A stretch of DNA of 63,209 bases, counting the filler, from Choristocarpus tenellus KU-1152 (taxonomy: Eukaryota > Protista > Phaeophyceae), in the NCBI GenBank assembly GCA_964200185.2. It is 11 parts of 11 records of this genome, joined end to end, with 100 filler letters (N's around TTAATTAATTAA, not from the genome) between each part and the next. Parts side by side here need not be neighbours in the genome. Positions count along the whole stretch, not along the records: positions 10,862 to 19,463 come from CAXNAD020004542.1; positions 19,564 to 23,276 come from CAXNAD020018355.1; positions 23,377 to 32,900 come from CAXNAD020003609.1; 8 more parts are not named here. One strand, written 5' to 3'. Each line of letters opens with the position of its first letter. Position 1 is the stretch's first letter. The notes beneath the pieces were generated by a model. The model had not been told where the DNA came from. It made no database searches and saw only the letters and a program-made list of their open reading frames with translations. The position numbers were made by a program, and so were the translations under genes. Of this stretch, positions 13,091-26,769 are shown piece after piece.

Positions 13091-15007
13091 ATGGGGGGTG
13101 GTGGAGACAACACTGCCATAATCATCTTCTCTGTGGCAGAGTATCTTACCCAGCTCTGCGAAACTCATCCAGCCGAGTCTCGCGATGTGCTGAATACTGC
13201 AATTAGGTCGCTCAGGTTAGTCTGGCCCAATCGTCTTCTTCCCAATATATTTTGATGCTGTTATGGTTAAGAATCTCTCACCCTAGCTGATACGATCCAC
13301 GACATGACCCTGACCACCCTTCCACATACATAATGAAATGGATGTGACTGTATATCAGTGAAGCATTTGATGTGCAAGTCGGAGACCCAGCCCAGGTAAA
13401 GGAGCGCTCCCTTAAGCCCCACGGTCTGGGGGAGATTTTCGCAGCTGGGGCTACCGCCCTGGGAGCCAAGACCACGGCCGAGCAGCTCAAGGAGGTTGAA
13501 TGTAAGGAATCGCTAGTCATGATGAGCCAATATAACTTGCTAGGTAGTCCTTACAGAATGGCTGAGGTCGCTGAAGGCATATGGAGAGTTTTTGCGGAGA
13601 CTCCGTATCCTTCTCATAGACTGTCACACAACGAATGGCTGGTAATTCTTTGTCAATCTCTGTTAAAAGTGCACTGTTGGCACCCATATTCCCCATACTA
13701 CTACTTGTCCCCCTTAGCTCAATTTCATGTCAGAGGCCCTGCAGTATTGTCGCCTCCCTCTCCCCTCGCAATGGATGGGGTTGTGCTACTTTCACGCCAC
13801 GCCTGGGGTAATCATGAGTATATATTAACAATGATCTCAACTCTGAATGTTGCACCTACTAAATGCATGAGGATGTATTGTTGAACCAACTACATCAAAT
13901 TGCCAAATTTCCACCAAGACCCGTGATCTATCTTGGTCGTTCCTTGAAGGGTGTTGGCAGAATGTAGAGGTAAGGTTTCTGAATGTCAGGGTGCTCGTTT
14001 GAAATGGCCTCCCCCTATGCCTTCCAATTCAAACGATGTGCACACGAAGGCCCTTCCAGAAGACTTTGAAACGAGGAGGTAGTAATGGACATATTTTAGG
14101 GAGGGCGGAGGGAGAGGAAGAAGGAAATTTGTATGAAAAATGGACAAAGGAGACTGAGCAGTCTAGGAGCCCTAGTTTTTTTTTTTTAGCATTCTTTCTG
14201 CTGTTAGGAACATTGGCAAACAACTACTATTCCATTATCCAGAGAGTAATGACCAGCAGGCATACAAATGTATGTATGCGGAGTGATCTAGGGTCGATCT
14301 GTTCCATTCCTTCTTTCCACTCAGTAAAGTACAGAGCGTTACTATGATGTGCTTTGGACAGCCTTGCACAAGGGTGCTGTACCACGTTCTGCGGTGAAAA
14401 ATATTGACCAAAATACGACTCAGGAAAGCTCACGAAAAGAGTTTCTGGTGTAGTAAACTGAATTGCTGTAGCCATTAAAATTCCATTTAACGTGCTGTGA
14501 GACACGACCAATGGCTGTGGGCACCCCTACTTACGTACCCCTATGGTTCCCATGTCTCTCTCTACTTTTTTGTGATGCTCAGCTAACCCATCCTTCGGTG
14601 CTTTTCTCAAGGCTGTTTCTGCAAAGGGTTTCTTCAAAGGAGTTACGGTGAGTGATGAGGCAGGGGTAACGTAATTTAATTTATACCATTATGCTACTGT
14701 AATGTGTAAGCCATTGACATGGACTAGTGGTGCGAAGTTGCGTGAGAGCTTTTAGGGGGCCAATATCTTGTCTTTGGGAGGTTGATCTTATATTCTTTTC
14801 TCATCATACCGAGCAGCATAAGCATGTTATCTCTATCTTCTAGATCTGCTAAATTTGCAGTCAGGTGCATGTCAAGGGACTTTGAAATATTTCGAAGTGT
14901 CTTGATATACAAGGATGACGTTTTTTTCTGTCTTTTCTGAATCACCTGGAGGCTACACTTTTCAATGCTCTTGAAGTACAGTCTCTTAGAGGGTTATGCA
15001 ATGATAG

Positions 15008-15040
<33 letters not shown>

Positions 15041-18000
15041 CAACTTATCTGTGTGCTGATTTCAGACTGCATGTCCTGAATTAGAATTAGAAACGCTTTG
15101 GGTGTATGTACGCTATTGGAGCAGCAGCACACCCTGCAATATTCCATGAACTCAGGTGTAAAATGAGAGAGACAGCAAAGTGTTCAGGATAGGAAATTGA
15201 AATATCATATCTGTGACTGTCCAACCTCACACTACATGATCTCAGTGTCAATCCATTCATATGCAAATTGTTTTGGGATTGCTAAGGTTTGTGAGAGTCT
15301 GGGTGAATTTATGTACTCATATTTCCAGTACTGTGGGGCATCAATTGTGTGCACCCGTCTAGGAAAGCTTGTGTATCAATCTGTGGCGAGACTGCTGGTT
15401 CCAAACTGTTTTTCTCTGTTAAGGGCTAGAAGTTATTGAGAAAATTGGCTCTGAGTGTTGCCCTGACAAAGGACAGTATGCCCAAGCCTTGCTTTTGACA
15501 GCAGACATCAAAACAGCAAATGGACACGTGCGTTATGTCGATGGCAGAGGGTAAATAACAAAACGACACTAATGTTTTAGTTGACAATGTTGTTGTGTAG
15601 GTATACCCGGAAGTTCTAGGGCAGTGCTGGCGCGTTGAAGTTTGTGTTTTCTGAGTTATGCCTGTTTTGTTGGACAGTAGAGAAGGAGGTACTTATACCT
15701 GTAGATGTCAATGGCTTATGCAGGAGCTGTGTGAACTGTGATAATATTTTTTAGTCTCCTCAATTCTGTATTTAGGATGTATCGATAATATGAAACATTG
15801 AGAGTGTTGAAGTAGTATTTTCACGAGATTTTGTCCTGGTGAGAAGCTGGTGCTTTCATCCCATACAGCTGAGCTGTATGAAGTCTGTCTCTGATCAGAT
15901 GGTCAAACTCACGGTTTATCACAAGTTGAAGAATGAATGTCATGGGTGTAATGTTTTCCTCTCCGTGGACTGCAATTCTCCGTGGAAGAGTTTGTTGTTG
16001 TTGTTGTTGTTATCTTCAAGAGAAAGTGATAGTGAAAGAAACTCTGTTTTGGTCATACGATGCTAAACTTTCACGTAACTTGGATATACTTCTAGCAACC
16101 AGAAATCCACAACACAAGGCAGCAATGGTCATATGATAGTTCTCCCCTTTTCCATTTGCTGTCACCTCTTTCCACTCCCTTTTTGAAGGTGGGCACTCCT
16201 GAGTATGACGAAAGAATGACCAAGCTCGTTGCAAAATTCAGGGCACGTACACAGCCTGCTGCAGCCAGCACGCCTACTCCTGATGCTGTCCCCGCCACTG
16301 CTCCTGAGTCTGCTGGGCCTGATACCACTGCACCCGTAGCTGAACCTGTGGCAGCATCCTCGGCGAGGAGTGCGGGGGGTAAAGGTGGTAGTGCCAAGGC
16401 AGAGAAGGTGTGTTGTGCTTGATTGGCTACTTTTTGCCAGTAGGTAGGACATTTTGTATGTCAATAAACTCACCGTCTTAGTCTTACCTATACCGAGGAA
16501 TTGACAGGGCTCCATCTATCTGCATCTGGCTTTGGTTGACTGTGTAGTAATTTTTTTGCAACCTCAACTATTGCTCTGATTCTCAACTGCGATGAGAGAC
16601 ATGAGGTATTGCTCTTGCGGTCACAGTTGCTGCTGATACTCCCTCCCCACCGTTAGTCATGCCCCCTGGAGCTCCACATATGTACTCTATTTCCTCACAT
16701 ATGAAGAAGACATGTGTACGTCCATGTATTGCTCACTCCCCCCTCACATGTCATGAAGGGGATGTGCAAACTTAAATGTTCTCCCCCCCCCCCTTTGAAA
16801 AATATGATGTCAATTGGAGTACAGGAGAAGGAAGCAGAGAGTAAAAAGATGGCTGGGAATGAGCTGCTCAAGTCAAACGATTATGAGGGTGCTGTTAAGC
16901 TGTACACAGAAGCATTTGAGCTCTCGCCACAGGGGCCAAACAGCCACATCTACCTGTGCAACCGAGCGGCAGCACTATGCCATCTTTGCAAGTACGGAGA
17001 TGGTAAGAAGGGAATGACTCTTAGGGGCTTGGGGGGGGGGGGGGGGGGGGCAAAAGGGGAAAGGGAAGATAGGGAAGATATGTCTTGGTGATGCAAAAAT
17101 TGAGGAAGCGGGAGAAAAAGCAGAGCAGATGTATCCTATTATGTCAGTAAGACATTTGACCTACTTCGTTGATGAATGTGTTGCATTTTTTGTGTACAGC
17201 AAAGGTGGTGTTCATAGAGTTTGGTTAAGAGTATTGTTGTGGGTTTAGGCGGGGGAGGTCAGGTGATGAAATGTGAGGTGATGTAGGTCCCCTTGGCTCT
17301 CGGAAGGACTCTTCAGGTGGGAGGGGGGTAGGGGGGTAGGGGGTTTACTATCTGCTATTTGCTGACATGAACTGAGCTCTCTGTCTTACATTTCTTTTCC
17401 TCTGTTGAGAAAGCTTAAAATGGTGAGAACTGCATCACGTTTGAAATTCCATTTTTTTTTTGTTGATACACTTGTGTTAGTGATCACCGGCTTGGACCAT
17501 AGCTTGTTGTCACATTGTCTTGTGCTCGCTCAAGCTGAGAAGAATAGTGTGACTAGGTAGAGGCTGTGATTGCAGAATCAGTGTCTAAACTGTTTGCATT
17601 GGGTTCATTCGATTGAGGTAGGTAGCACATCTACAAGAACATTTCTAACCAACCCCCGTTGACCTGGACTAGAGTTTTGCAAATTGTTGAAAATGTATTT
17701 CAAGATCAAGAAACTGATTGGCACCCCACCTGTTACTTTTTTCCCCAATTATGGTTTTGACGGTGAATGCAATACAACTGGGTGGAAACAATTTTTAATT
17801 GTTGTCTTTTTTAGCTGTGGTGGACTGTCAAGAATCTATTGATCTGAACTCGTCGTACTCGAAGGCGTATACCCGTCTTGGCTATGCCTTCTTCCAGCTT
17901 GAGGACTACGAGGTGAGCTCTGGAGAGGATAACAAGCTTTTGTTAAGGAAGAACTAAAGTTGATAGTGTATGGTTTAGAGGTTTCCCTTGACTGTGGGAT

Positions 18001-18981
18001 ACTGTAATGCCTGTGAAATGGACTTTTATTTTTCTGTGGGTGGTGGGTTCGGTGGGGATAGGACTGAGTCTGAAGTTTGGTATGATCATCCAGTTTTCTC
18101 CTTGCTTATACAGCATGGTGGCTATTAATACAATTCCACTGATCTGTCATCCTGCACCTTATACCGGTGCTTGCACAAGCACTTTTTTCCTTTGTGGTGA
18201 TCAGTTTCCCCTCTTTTTCATTCTAGCCGTTACCGTGAAAACTTACACAACCTTGATCAGTCAACTGCAGGTTTTGTTTTGCTTCGAGGTAAGTCGATAC
18301 ATGCTCTCATCTTTTGAACTAACATCAACAAATAAACCAATTGCTTTTATTTCAGGCATCGGCGAAGGCGTACCGAAAGAGCCTTGAGTTAGACCCCGGA
18401 AATGCGGCTAACAGACAGAGCCTCAGGAAGGCTGAAGCCAAAATGGGAAAGGTGCACCCCCCCCCCAACAACAACAACAACAACAACACCTGATTTCCTT
18501 CATGTACACAGTATGTGCTATGTGTATGTTTTAGGCCCGTCGGGTCTACTTGTACTCATACTCATGTTGTGGTTAAGTTCTTGTATTTTTATTGAGGTGA
18601 TGCTGTGCCTAGTTCATGGCAGAGAGGAAATCTGTTATCCTAGTTGATAGACACTGCTAGTGCCATCAACTATCTTGTGACAGTAACAATAATTATCCCT
18701 AACCTCTGCCCCGCCCCCCAACACCCCTTCATAAATATCACATTCTGACACTGATCTGGAAGCAGGACGAGAGAGAATCGGATCTTTCCCGTGAGGCTTC
18801 TGACAGTGCTGGTGCTGGGGGCATGCCTGATATGTCGGGCCTTGCATCAATGATGGGTGGAGCAGGGGGGGCAGGAGGATTGGCTAATTTGATGCAAAAC
18901 AAGGATTTGATGGCTCAGGCACAGAATCTGATGCAGAATCCTAACATGATGGCACAAGCACAAAAGATGATGCAGAACCCA
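13091..18981 (+). CDS. SGTA: Small glutamine-rich TPR co-chaperone (SGTA/Sgt2), 3'-partial; exons 13091-13215, 13359-13501, 14583-14647, 16189-16407, 16825-17002, 17815-17912, 18356-18451, 18796-18981
   Basis: N-terminal dimerisation-like domain (IIFSVAEYL...LNTAIRSLSEAFDV); three TPRs (KMAGNELLKSNDYEGAVKLYTEA, YLCNRAAAL, YSKAYTRLGYAFF); STI1-like Met/Gln tail (GMPDMSGLASMMG...LMQNPNMMAQAQKMMQNP); phases consistent. Confidence 0.9.
15009..15038 (+). repeat. (CA)n microsatellite in SGT intron
   Basis: Directly visible. Confidence 0.9.
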
Positions 18982-19563
18982 GTGAGCCCTTCCCTTACAC
19001 ACACTCTTCTTGTTCTGTGTAGTCTGGATTGTAGGTATTGTTGGAATTAGTGGTTACATGCTATCTTGGGGCCATACCTACAGACAATTTGTCAAGAATT
19101 TTCGGTATTGCTTATAAATGGGATAGGAACAGAGACCTAACTTTGTATGGGGAACATGGTATCTTTTAGAAGATAGGCAAATATTTTCCAACCCTGATAT
19201 TATGAACCTAACAATAAACTAGCTCAGAGGATGTCATTCAAATACATGATCCAAACCTATGCTCGGTTGCATCCATTTTATGTATTGCATCTTTTCTATT
19301 TAGAAAATTTGTGGGCTTTGGAGAGGATTGATGTTGTGTGTTGTGGACCAAACCATACCGTGTTCATTACAACTGTAGGGGAGAAATGTTGTTTCTGACC
19401 ACATGTTGGTTAGTAGGGAACAGAAACTGCCCTCAAGAAGTGAAGTGAAGATGTTGGGGGGGGNNNNNNNNNNNNNNNNNNNNNNNNNNNNNNNNNNNNN
19501 NNNNNNNTTAATTAATTAANNNNNNNNNNNNNNNNNNNNNNNNNNNNNNNNNNNNNNNNNNNN

Positions 19564-19587
19564 CCCCCCATCCAGATACTTTGAGCC
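19564..19587. mobile_element. MITE family A terminus, cut by gap
   Basis: C tract + CAGATACTTTGAGCC. Confidence 0.65.
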
Positions 19588-19836
19588 TGAGTGTGTTGAG
19601 AGTTTTGAGCCCGTCTGGTTTAAGCTCATGAGCCCTTTTGTTTCACAGCACTGCACACCATACTATACTGATACTCTTGGGATATCCCTCAGTAGTAGGA
19701 GCTTTTGTGAGGCATGTTCACACCTAATGGCTCTTGAGAAGAAAGGGGGCAATGTGTTGCGTCTGATTGGTCTTAAAAAGTGTGGATGTACTCGGAGGAC
19801 CAGTGACCTGATTGCGATAGTATGAAACTTTGACTC

Positions 19837-19859
19837 AGAGAGAGAGAGAGAGAGAGAGA
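19837..19859 (+). repeat. (AG)n microsatellite
   Basis: Directly visible. Confidence 0.9.
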
Positions 19860-22177
19860 TAAAGAGATGGAGTGAGGCCCAATAACAACTAGGAACGGCT
19901 GATTGTGAGACTGGGCTTACTTTCTTGGCATGGATGAGAGGGAATGGATCGCATGCTCTCCACATTTCTTGCTGTGTCCTGTGTTGTGTGTGTCAGGGAC
20001 ATAATCAAGGTTGGTTCCAGTTTACGCAAGGAGAGATTGAAGACCTGCTGAGTGTAATTTGTAATCTAGGCTTGCAAGGCCTTCCTATCACTGTATATGA
20101 AGGACTACCGTAGCGAGCAGAGCTGCATATCGTGGTGCAGAATTTGAGAAGTAGTCTACCTACCTTCTGCCTTCTGTATGTTGCAATTCACTTTGGCGTT
20201 GGGGGACTCTCGAGAAGGAGGGGTGTGTGGGAATTGAGGCCAAGAGTGCTGAAAGTATGTATGTATGAGGTACGTTGGGTTTTTTTTTTGTTTCCTCGTT
20301 GCATACCGGTAGTAGTACTCTAGACTTTACCCCTCCTGGCTCTGATTTCAGATCACGCTTCCAATTTGTGGAGACCCCCATGTGGAAGGGGAATGTGACA
20401 GGTTTTGTGCAATCACTCCAGTGGACTCCTTTGTGATTGTTCTGTTTTCTTTTTTTTTGTTTGGTCACTGTTACCATTGCTGTCCTCTTCGTTGCTGTTT
20501 GTTGTCCATTTCTCTTGGAGGATCTCTGCAACTACAGTCTATTTTGGTAAGCATGTAGAGCTGGCTCTATCTTGTTCTTGTCGATTGCATGCCTTGTGCT
20601 TCAATCCTAGATCATTTGTGAAGTGTAATGCAAGCCCTACCCAACTTACACCCCCCACCCCAATCATCCCAATGCCCCACTGTATCTCTTAAGGGTCACA
20701 CAAGCACTCCTTGTTCTCCTGTTGAAGATTATGTTCTATGCACACGTATGACTGCTTGTGCTGTGGAATTGTAGAGTCGACACTTGCAGCAAGGAAGCAT
20801 TGGTGTCTTTGCTGCCCCTGCTATTAGTATAACATGTGTGGGCTCGTGTTGTGTGGCGTGGTTGTCCATGAAGTGAAGGAATAGTAGTAACTCCTTCAAT
20901 TGTATGTGCATATGTGGGGGAGGGGGATTGGTGCTGATGTTGGAAAGGGGGCATGTGTGAGGCACTGTACGCACTGACATGATTAGCTTGGCCTCTGGGT
21001 TGATCACAAGGAGTAGGGAGATGATACAAGAACTCAAGTGGTTCATTTGTGAGGGTTTTGGTTAGAAATGCCTTACCTCGAGGCTTGGTTTTTTTGTAGG
21101 TCTCTACTGTTGTGTAGGCTAGATGGTTTTCAAGCTCTTGTGATAGTTGGGGGCTGAAGGCATAAATGTCCATACTTTTTTTATAGTTGCTATGCCTTCT
21201 GTGTTAAATTCACTACTTTTTTTGTTTTGCCTCTAATAAGCACCTACCCCTCATGTGTTCAGTCATGTGGTAAGTAACATGATTCTGGACACGCCCGAAT
21301 TTTGTTGTGTGGTGCGGCAGTGAAGGGCGCAAGGAAGACTCTGAGATCGGCAATTGACTTACCAGGGTCGGGATTACGTTTGTTATTCAAGGCAATGTTC
21401 TAGAGTACTTCGAATCTTTGCTGAGCACTACTTGTTGTGTTTGGGAGCAGTCCTTCTGGTGGATACCGTGTCCTGTGCCAAGGCCTTACTGGTCTACACG
21501 CTCCCACGTCCCTGAAGTGCCACATACTAGGCAGGGACACTACATCTACACTATCTCTGTGCTTGTGTGGGTATGAGAGACGTACAGCCTATTCAAAGTC
21601 TGAAGTAGAGCAATGAACGACTGATTAACATGAGTTTATTTCTGTTGTCTTGATATTTCTTTCCTCTGGACCTTTTTCTGAATCATAAGAATTCATTCAT
21701 AGAGTCGATAAGATTCGCAACACCACAAATATGATGAATTAGTCGACTTCCATTTTGAGTTACGGTCTGTCCTCGCCTGACTTTTTTTTGCGAGATGTGA
21801 GTGAGCGATGAAGGATGTGAAAGTTCTCAAATGGGTAATCGATCGCCTGTAAGAATTTTGACAGGAAAGTATCTATAATAGATACGCAGAGCATGCACCT
21901 AGGATGTAACAGAAAGAACACATCGTAAAACAATTCATTTCACACTGTACTCCATCTACAGTTTGCCATACAAAAGTGGTGACAGTCACCACAAACAATT
22001 TTGGCACCACCTCCTAAGCTTTGGTTTGGGAATGTTGTCTGGAGTAGAGTATTCTCCCTTGGTACTTGTGGTGGTATCTGTGTGATACTGGTGGATGTAC
22101 AAGGGCTTGACCTAGATTTTCGACATGCAACATTGAGTAGATTATATGCCCCTCCATATGGCTATAGTTGAGCTCCT

Positions 22178-22350
22178 AGCTCAAAGTAACTAGGGGGGGG
22201 TGGCTGCTGTCCATTTGGCGCCAATTTATTCATGTCGCGATTTTTGTGTGATTTGGTTCCATACGTTGGATGGATAATGAAAGTGCACTTTCCTGGTTTT
22301 CGTCCAAATGGACACTCTGGTGTAGACCCCTCCCCCAGATACTTTTGATG
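22178..22350 (+). mobile_element. MITE family A, diverged full-length copy
   Basis: CTCAAAGTAACTAG-G tract-CTGTCCATTTGG ... CCAAATGGACAC-C tract-AGATACTTT. Confidence 0.8.
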
Positions 22351-22616
22351 CTGGAACTTAAACCCGCTTCATTTTTTTTGGTCACTCCTCGACATTTTAC
22401 GCTTTTTCCGTATCACCGTTTTTATATCTTTCCGTAGATGCATCTTGTGCGTTTGTTTCTCTTAACTTTCTTGCACCTATTTTTCTTTCTCCGCACTTTT
22501 CTGTAATGTTACATTTGTGTACCTATCTCTGCCCCTAACTAGTGCATTTTTTTTTTCTGATGTCTTCGTTTGTTTACGTTTGTGAGGACAGATCACCATT
22601 CAGAAAAAGTTGGATG

Positions 22617-22876
22617 TAGTGAAAGTATCTTAGAGGGTGCAAGGTTTGCACTGTTTGTCCATTTGGGGCTTGGCTTCCCATGTTTTTTTTATGACATTTT
22701 CCTACTCAAAATACTTAGGAGTAGTCGATAAAATATATGCATTATGAAATGGTGTGTCCAGAATATCGACATTGACACTTCCTAACAAACATGATAGCCA
22801 AAATTACATCAAAATCGCAGCATTGTATTTTGGCCTCCAAATGGACACGGCTCTACCCTCTAAGATAATTTGGCTC
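22617..22876 (-). mobile_element. MITE family B, complete copy
   Basis: TGAAAGTATCTTAGAGGGT ... ACCCTCTAAGATAATTTGGCTC; ATG on both flanks (22614-16, 22877-79). Confidence 0.85.
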
Positions 22877-23031
22877 ATGCTTCCTTGTGTTACACGTCGT
22901 AAGTGGGTGCAACCTGGTGGGTTCCACACATGGTAGAGAGCCAAACCAACTAATTGAGAGGTAGGCTGGTTTGGATTCATTTTGCACTCCAAGTCATCTT
23001 TCTTGCCCTATAACAGCCTCTGACCAAAATT

Positions 23032-23276
23032 GAGGATGGAGCTTACTATGGAGGATGGGTTTGACCCAAAATGGTGCGCGGAAAGTGCCCATACATATTT
23101 TATTGTAAATGTTGCCGCATTTTTTAAGAGCCCCGCTACGAATGGGATATATTTTTGTTCAAAATATTTCGGTGCTTGTGGAGGGCACCGCTATGATTTG
23201 GAAGCGACCTCGACCAAGCCAAACGTATAAGAACAGACGGGCCCCCCGGGGGGGAGCTGGGAACGGTTTTGGTATG
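23032..23276 (+). mobile_element. Repeat family D (GAGGATGG...GACCCAAAATGGTGCG), candidate DNA-transposon end
   Basis: Similar sequence begins at 51481 and 54375; all three copies start abruptly at GAG and run towards a gap. Confidence 0.6.
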
Positions 23277-24691
23277 NNNNNNNNNNNNNNNNNNNNNNNN
23301 NNNNNNNNNNNNNNNNNNNNTTAATTAATTAANNNNNNNNNNNNNNNNNNNNNNNNNNNNNNNNNNNNNNNNNNNNGGGAGGGAAGGGGAGGGGTTGGTG
23401 CACTCTTGAGTCCTCTTCCCCCCGCCAGGTGTTCGGTGAATGTATTTCATGGGCACACACACCCCAAACTGTTAAACATGCCACATACACTGAGAAGCAT
23501 CAAAGTCTTCCCGTGGTCTGTCCTTCCTCGAGTAACTGCAAAACAAGTGACTAAGCAACCATTGCTAAGTGATTACCCTCACCAAATTTCGATACTTCAA
23601 TGTGCCACGGAGCAACACCAACTTCTTCTTTTTTCCACCCAATAAATTAACGCCTCCCAATCCATGTCCCCAAAAGCTGTACATCTCAACCGCTTTGGAG
23701 CACAGCCTTCTTTCACACGATCACAACACCGTGTATCAGGTACAAAGTTTCCCCCAATGCCTTGCACTCTTTTGACTGTACTGCACAGCTTGACAGAGTA
23801 CAGTACGAACACAGGTGAATATGAAAGATCCAACGCCTACTTCATCAACGGGGTTGAAAAGGAATACAACTCTATTTTTTTTTCTGTCTTGTGAGGGACA
23901 GAAGCCCAGCGCTCACAGTCGTGAGACCACAAAACAGGAAATATCACAATACCTACATAAGAAAGAACGTATACATTCAAACCTCTCTCTAGATGTTGGC
24001 AACCCCGCCTCACACATCCACCCACCCACCCACCCACCCACCACAAACATAAACAAAAATTTGGTCCTCTGGAGTACTGCCCTTCCTTTGCATCAAAGTA
24101 ATTTGCAGGAGGCAGTGAGAACGATATCTCGATGTATATTCTATGTAGCATATACTACATAGAATACTTTGGCACGCCACTACAAGGTCGCCATTCAGTC
24201 CCTCAGGGTTTAGTCAACTATGGCATTGGGTGTGGACAATGTGGGTGTGGGGCTAAGGGCTGGCCATTTGGGCAGATTAGATGGACAACCTACAAGATTT
24301 CCTCAATGCACTTTAATGCAGGGAATGTATCATTGCATTGAATGCACTTGATGTTGCAAGTCACATAAGTTCAAAAATTGTCTCTGCCACAAGCAAAACT
24401 TCACTTACACTGTTATCATAAAGGGGAAGGGGTAATGACAAGTAGGCGCCCGTTGCCATACAGAGTATTTCCAAACATCTAGAGTCCTATAATATGTCAC
24501 CTCTATAGTAACTTCGGTTATACCGCTCATTTTGGATATATTGAAGATTGCGGCAGCTCAGGTTTTCCGATGACTGTGCATTCAATCTACTTAATAATAC
24601 CACACACCCTACAAGAGCCCAGCTAACAAAAAACGCCCCACAGCATTAAGTAGGTATCGATTGACTGCTTCCCTGTGATGGAAGTGCTCAC

Positions 24692-26019
24692 CCGGCTCAA
24701 GGACAAGTCCAGCTAGGACTGTTGCAGCAGCCTCTTCCACATCACCCAGCCGTAGTAAGGCTTGGGCAAGTCTGTAGTATCCTGAGAGGAAGTTGCGTGG
24801 AAGACATTTCAAAGGGCATCATTAGCAGAACAGCGAGCAGTGGCCATGGAGTGCATCTTATAAGCAGCCAGCAGAGGTGACAGGGATGAAGGTGGGTGAA
24901 GTATCGTTAATGATGCATTGGGCCACCTCTCTAGGGTTGGTAGCGGGGGCTAGTCACATCAGTGCGGGGTGGAGAAATATTTTATACTGTGCTTCTTGCC
25001 ACTGCACTCAGTTGTTCAGTGTTGGTCCTGTACCACATTGGGAAGGGAGAGCGGATATGCATTTCTCACGGAAGCATAGGCATGATATGTACCATACAAG
25101 GGGGTACAACGATGACAGGTAGAATCGCGGTGGTTGCCGCTATATTTGCCCAGTCTAGAAATCTTTGCTACATCGATTTTGGGGAATATAGAAAAACATG
25201 AAAAAGTAAGACAGCAGAGGGCTGATTGTCTGTCCCTCCGAACGAAGCTTCGTTGAGGGGTATCTCACCCTTGACATACCCCCTGTGAAGCTCTATGCTT
25301 GTTCGCGCGTCGACAGTAGCCTTATCCCAGTCTTGCTTGCCTGCGTGGCAAGCACTTATTTTCAGAGAGAAAATTTGAGAACCAGCACGTCGACGGAAGG
25401 CAAAGAGGTTACTCAGGTCATGTGCAAACTTAATCTAGCCTGCGTAAGCGGGAGCAAACACTTATAGTGGGCTACATAAAGGGGTTGGGTTGATGTGCAC
25501 GACGAGAGCAGATAAATCCACCATATCAAATTCCACACCTCCTATTGCCGAATAAGATGTGGTTCTTCCTGTCCAGGGCAATAGCCTCAGAGTAGCAAGC
25601 CATTGCTTCGTTGTATTGCTTGTGGTTGAAGTACTCGTTGCCCTCCCTGTGGGGATGGTTTGCAAGTTGAGATTGTAGTCCAGAGAGCAAGCAACAACAA
25701 AACAGCCGATGTCTAAGCCATCGCCAACTACCAACGACCCACCTCTTGTGCATCTCCGCTATAGTGTGCGCCTCACTCTCTTGGAAGGCCCCATCATGCT
25801 CCATTAGAGAGACTGGAAGTGGTGCGGATGAGAAACCGCTCTAGAGCACAACATCTTGGGGTACTGAGCCCCAGAGCGCCGAGAACTGTCTCCACTATAT
25901 AGTAGAAAATCTAATGACCAAAGTACTGTCACCACTCTAGAACGTTCGGGTACACTCCTTCACCAAACTACTAAAAATAACAATATAGTACGATGAGACA
26001 ACGCAACACTCACCATCAT
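24692..26019 (-). pseudogene. TPR-repeat (HOP/STI1-like) gene, probably decayed; exons 26019-26014, 25840-25743, 25646-25539, ~24870-24692
   Basis: HKREGNEYFNHKQYNEAMACYSEAIALDRKNHILFGNR and FLSGYYRLAQALLRLGDVEEA are TPR motifs; the fourth exon lacks an AG acceptor and needs a frameshift near 24812. Confidence 0.7.
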
Positions 26020-26350
26020 GTTTTTGTCTTTAACACTAAACGAACACAAAAATGTATTACCCACAAACACAATGTACACAAATATATGCAATCAATAGTA
26101 ACACTCCACTCTAAAACATGGAACATATATTAAAGGGAAAGGTTAAGGAGTAATCTCTTTTTTGTGAGCGTGATAATTTAGAAGGGGAAATACGTACAGT
26201 GAAACAAGTCTTGGCAAGGGAAGAAGAAAAAGATGTGGAGTGTAGGAGGGGGAAAAGTTGTGGGGGAAAGTTGACTGGATGACTGGGAGAGAGATAATGT
26301 GATCGAGGTGTTAAAAGGGAAAATGATCATGGGAGAATGAATGGAATAGA

Positions 26351-26534
26351 GGACCAGAGTATCTGAGTGGGGGGTGGCGGCTGTCCATTATTTGGGATCA
26401 ATTTTTTCATGTCGCAAATTTTGGGTGATTTTGGTTGCATACCTCCGATGGATAAAGAAAATTCGTTTTTCCTGATTATGCCCCAAATAATGTACACACT
26501 GGTGTAGACTCCCCCCCCCCAGATACTTTGGGTC
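26351..26534 (+). mobile_element. MITE family A, complete copy
   Basis: GGACCAGAGTATCT ... AGATACTTTGGGTC with AGA TSD (26348-50, 26535-37). Confidence 0.85.
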
Positions 26535-26769
26535 AGAAGGACCGGAACAGTACGAAAGATCAAAGTAAAAGGGTGCAGGGTAGGAGGATATCATAGAAGG
26601 TGCAGGACCAAGGCAACCTCCGAGCAATCTACCCAGCCCACCCACGCTCTTGATTGCTCGTGATTGAGTGGGATGATGGGAGGGGGGGGGAGGTCAAGGT
26701 CAGGCGGGGTAGACGTCTTCTAGTTCAAAGGCACTATATGAGAGTGGGTGGTTGGTGGGTGTTCTTGGG

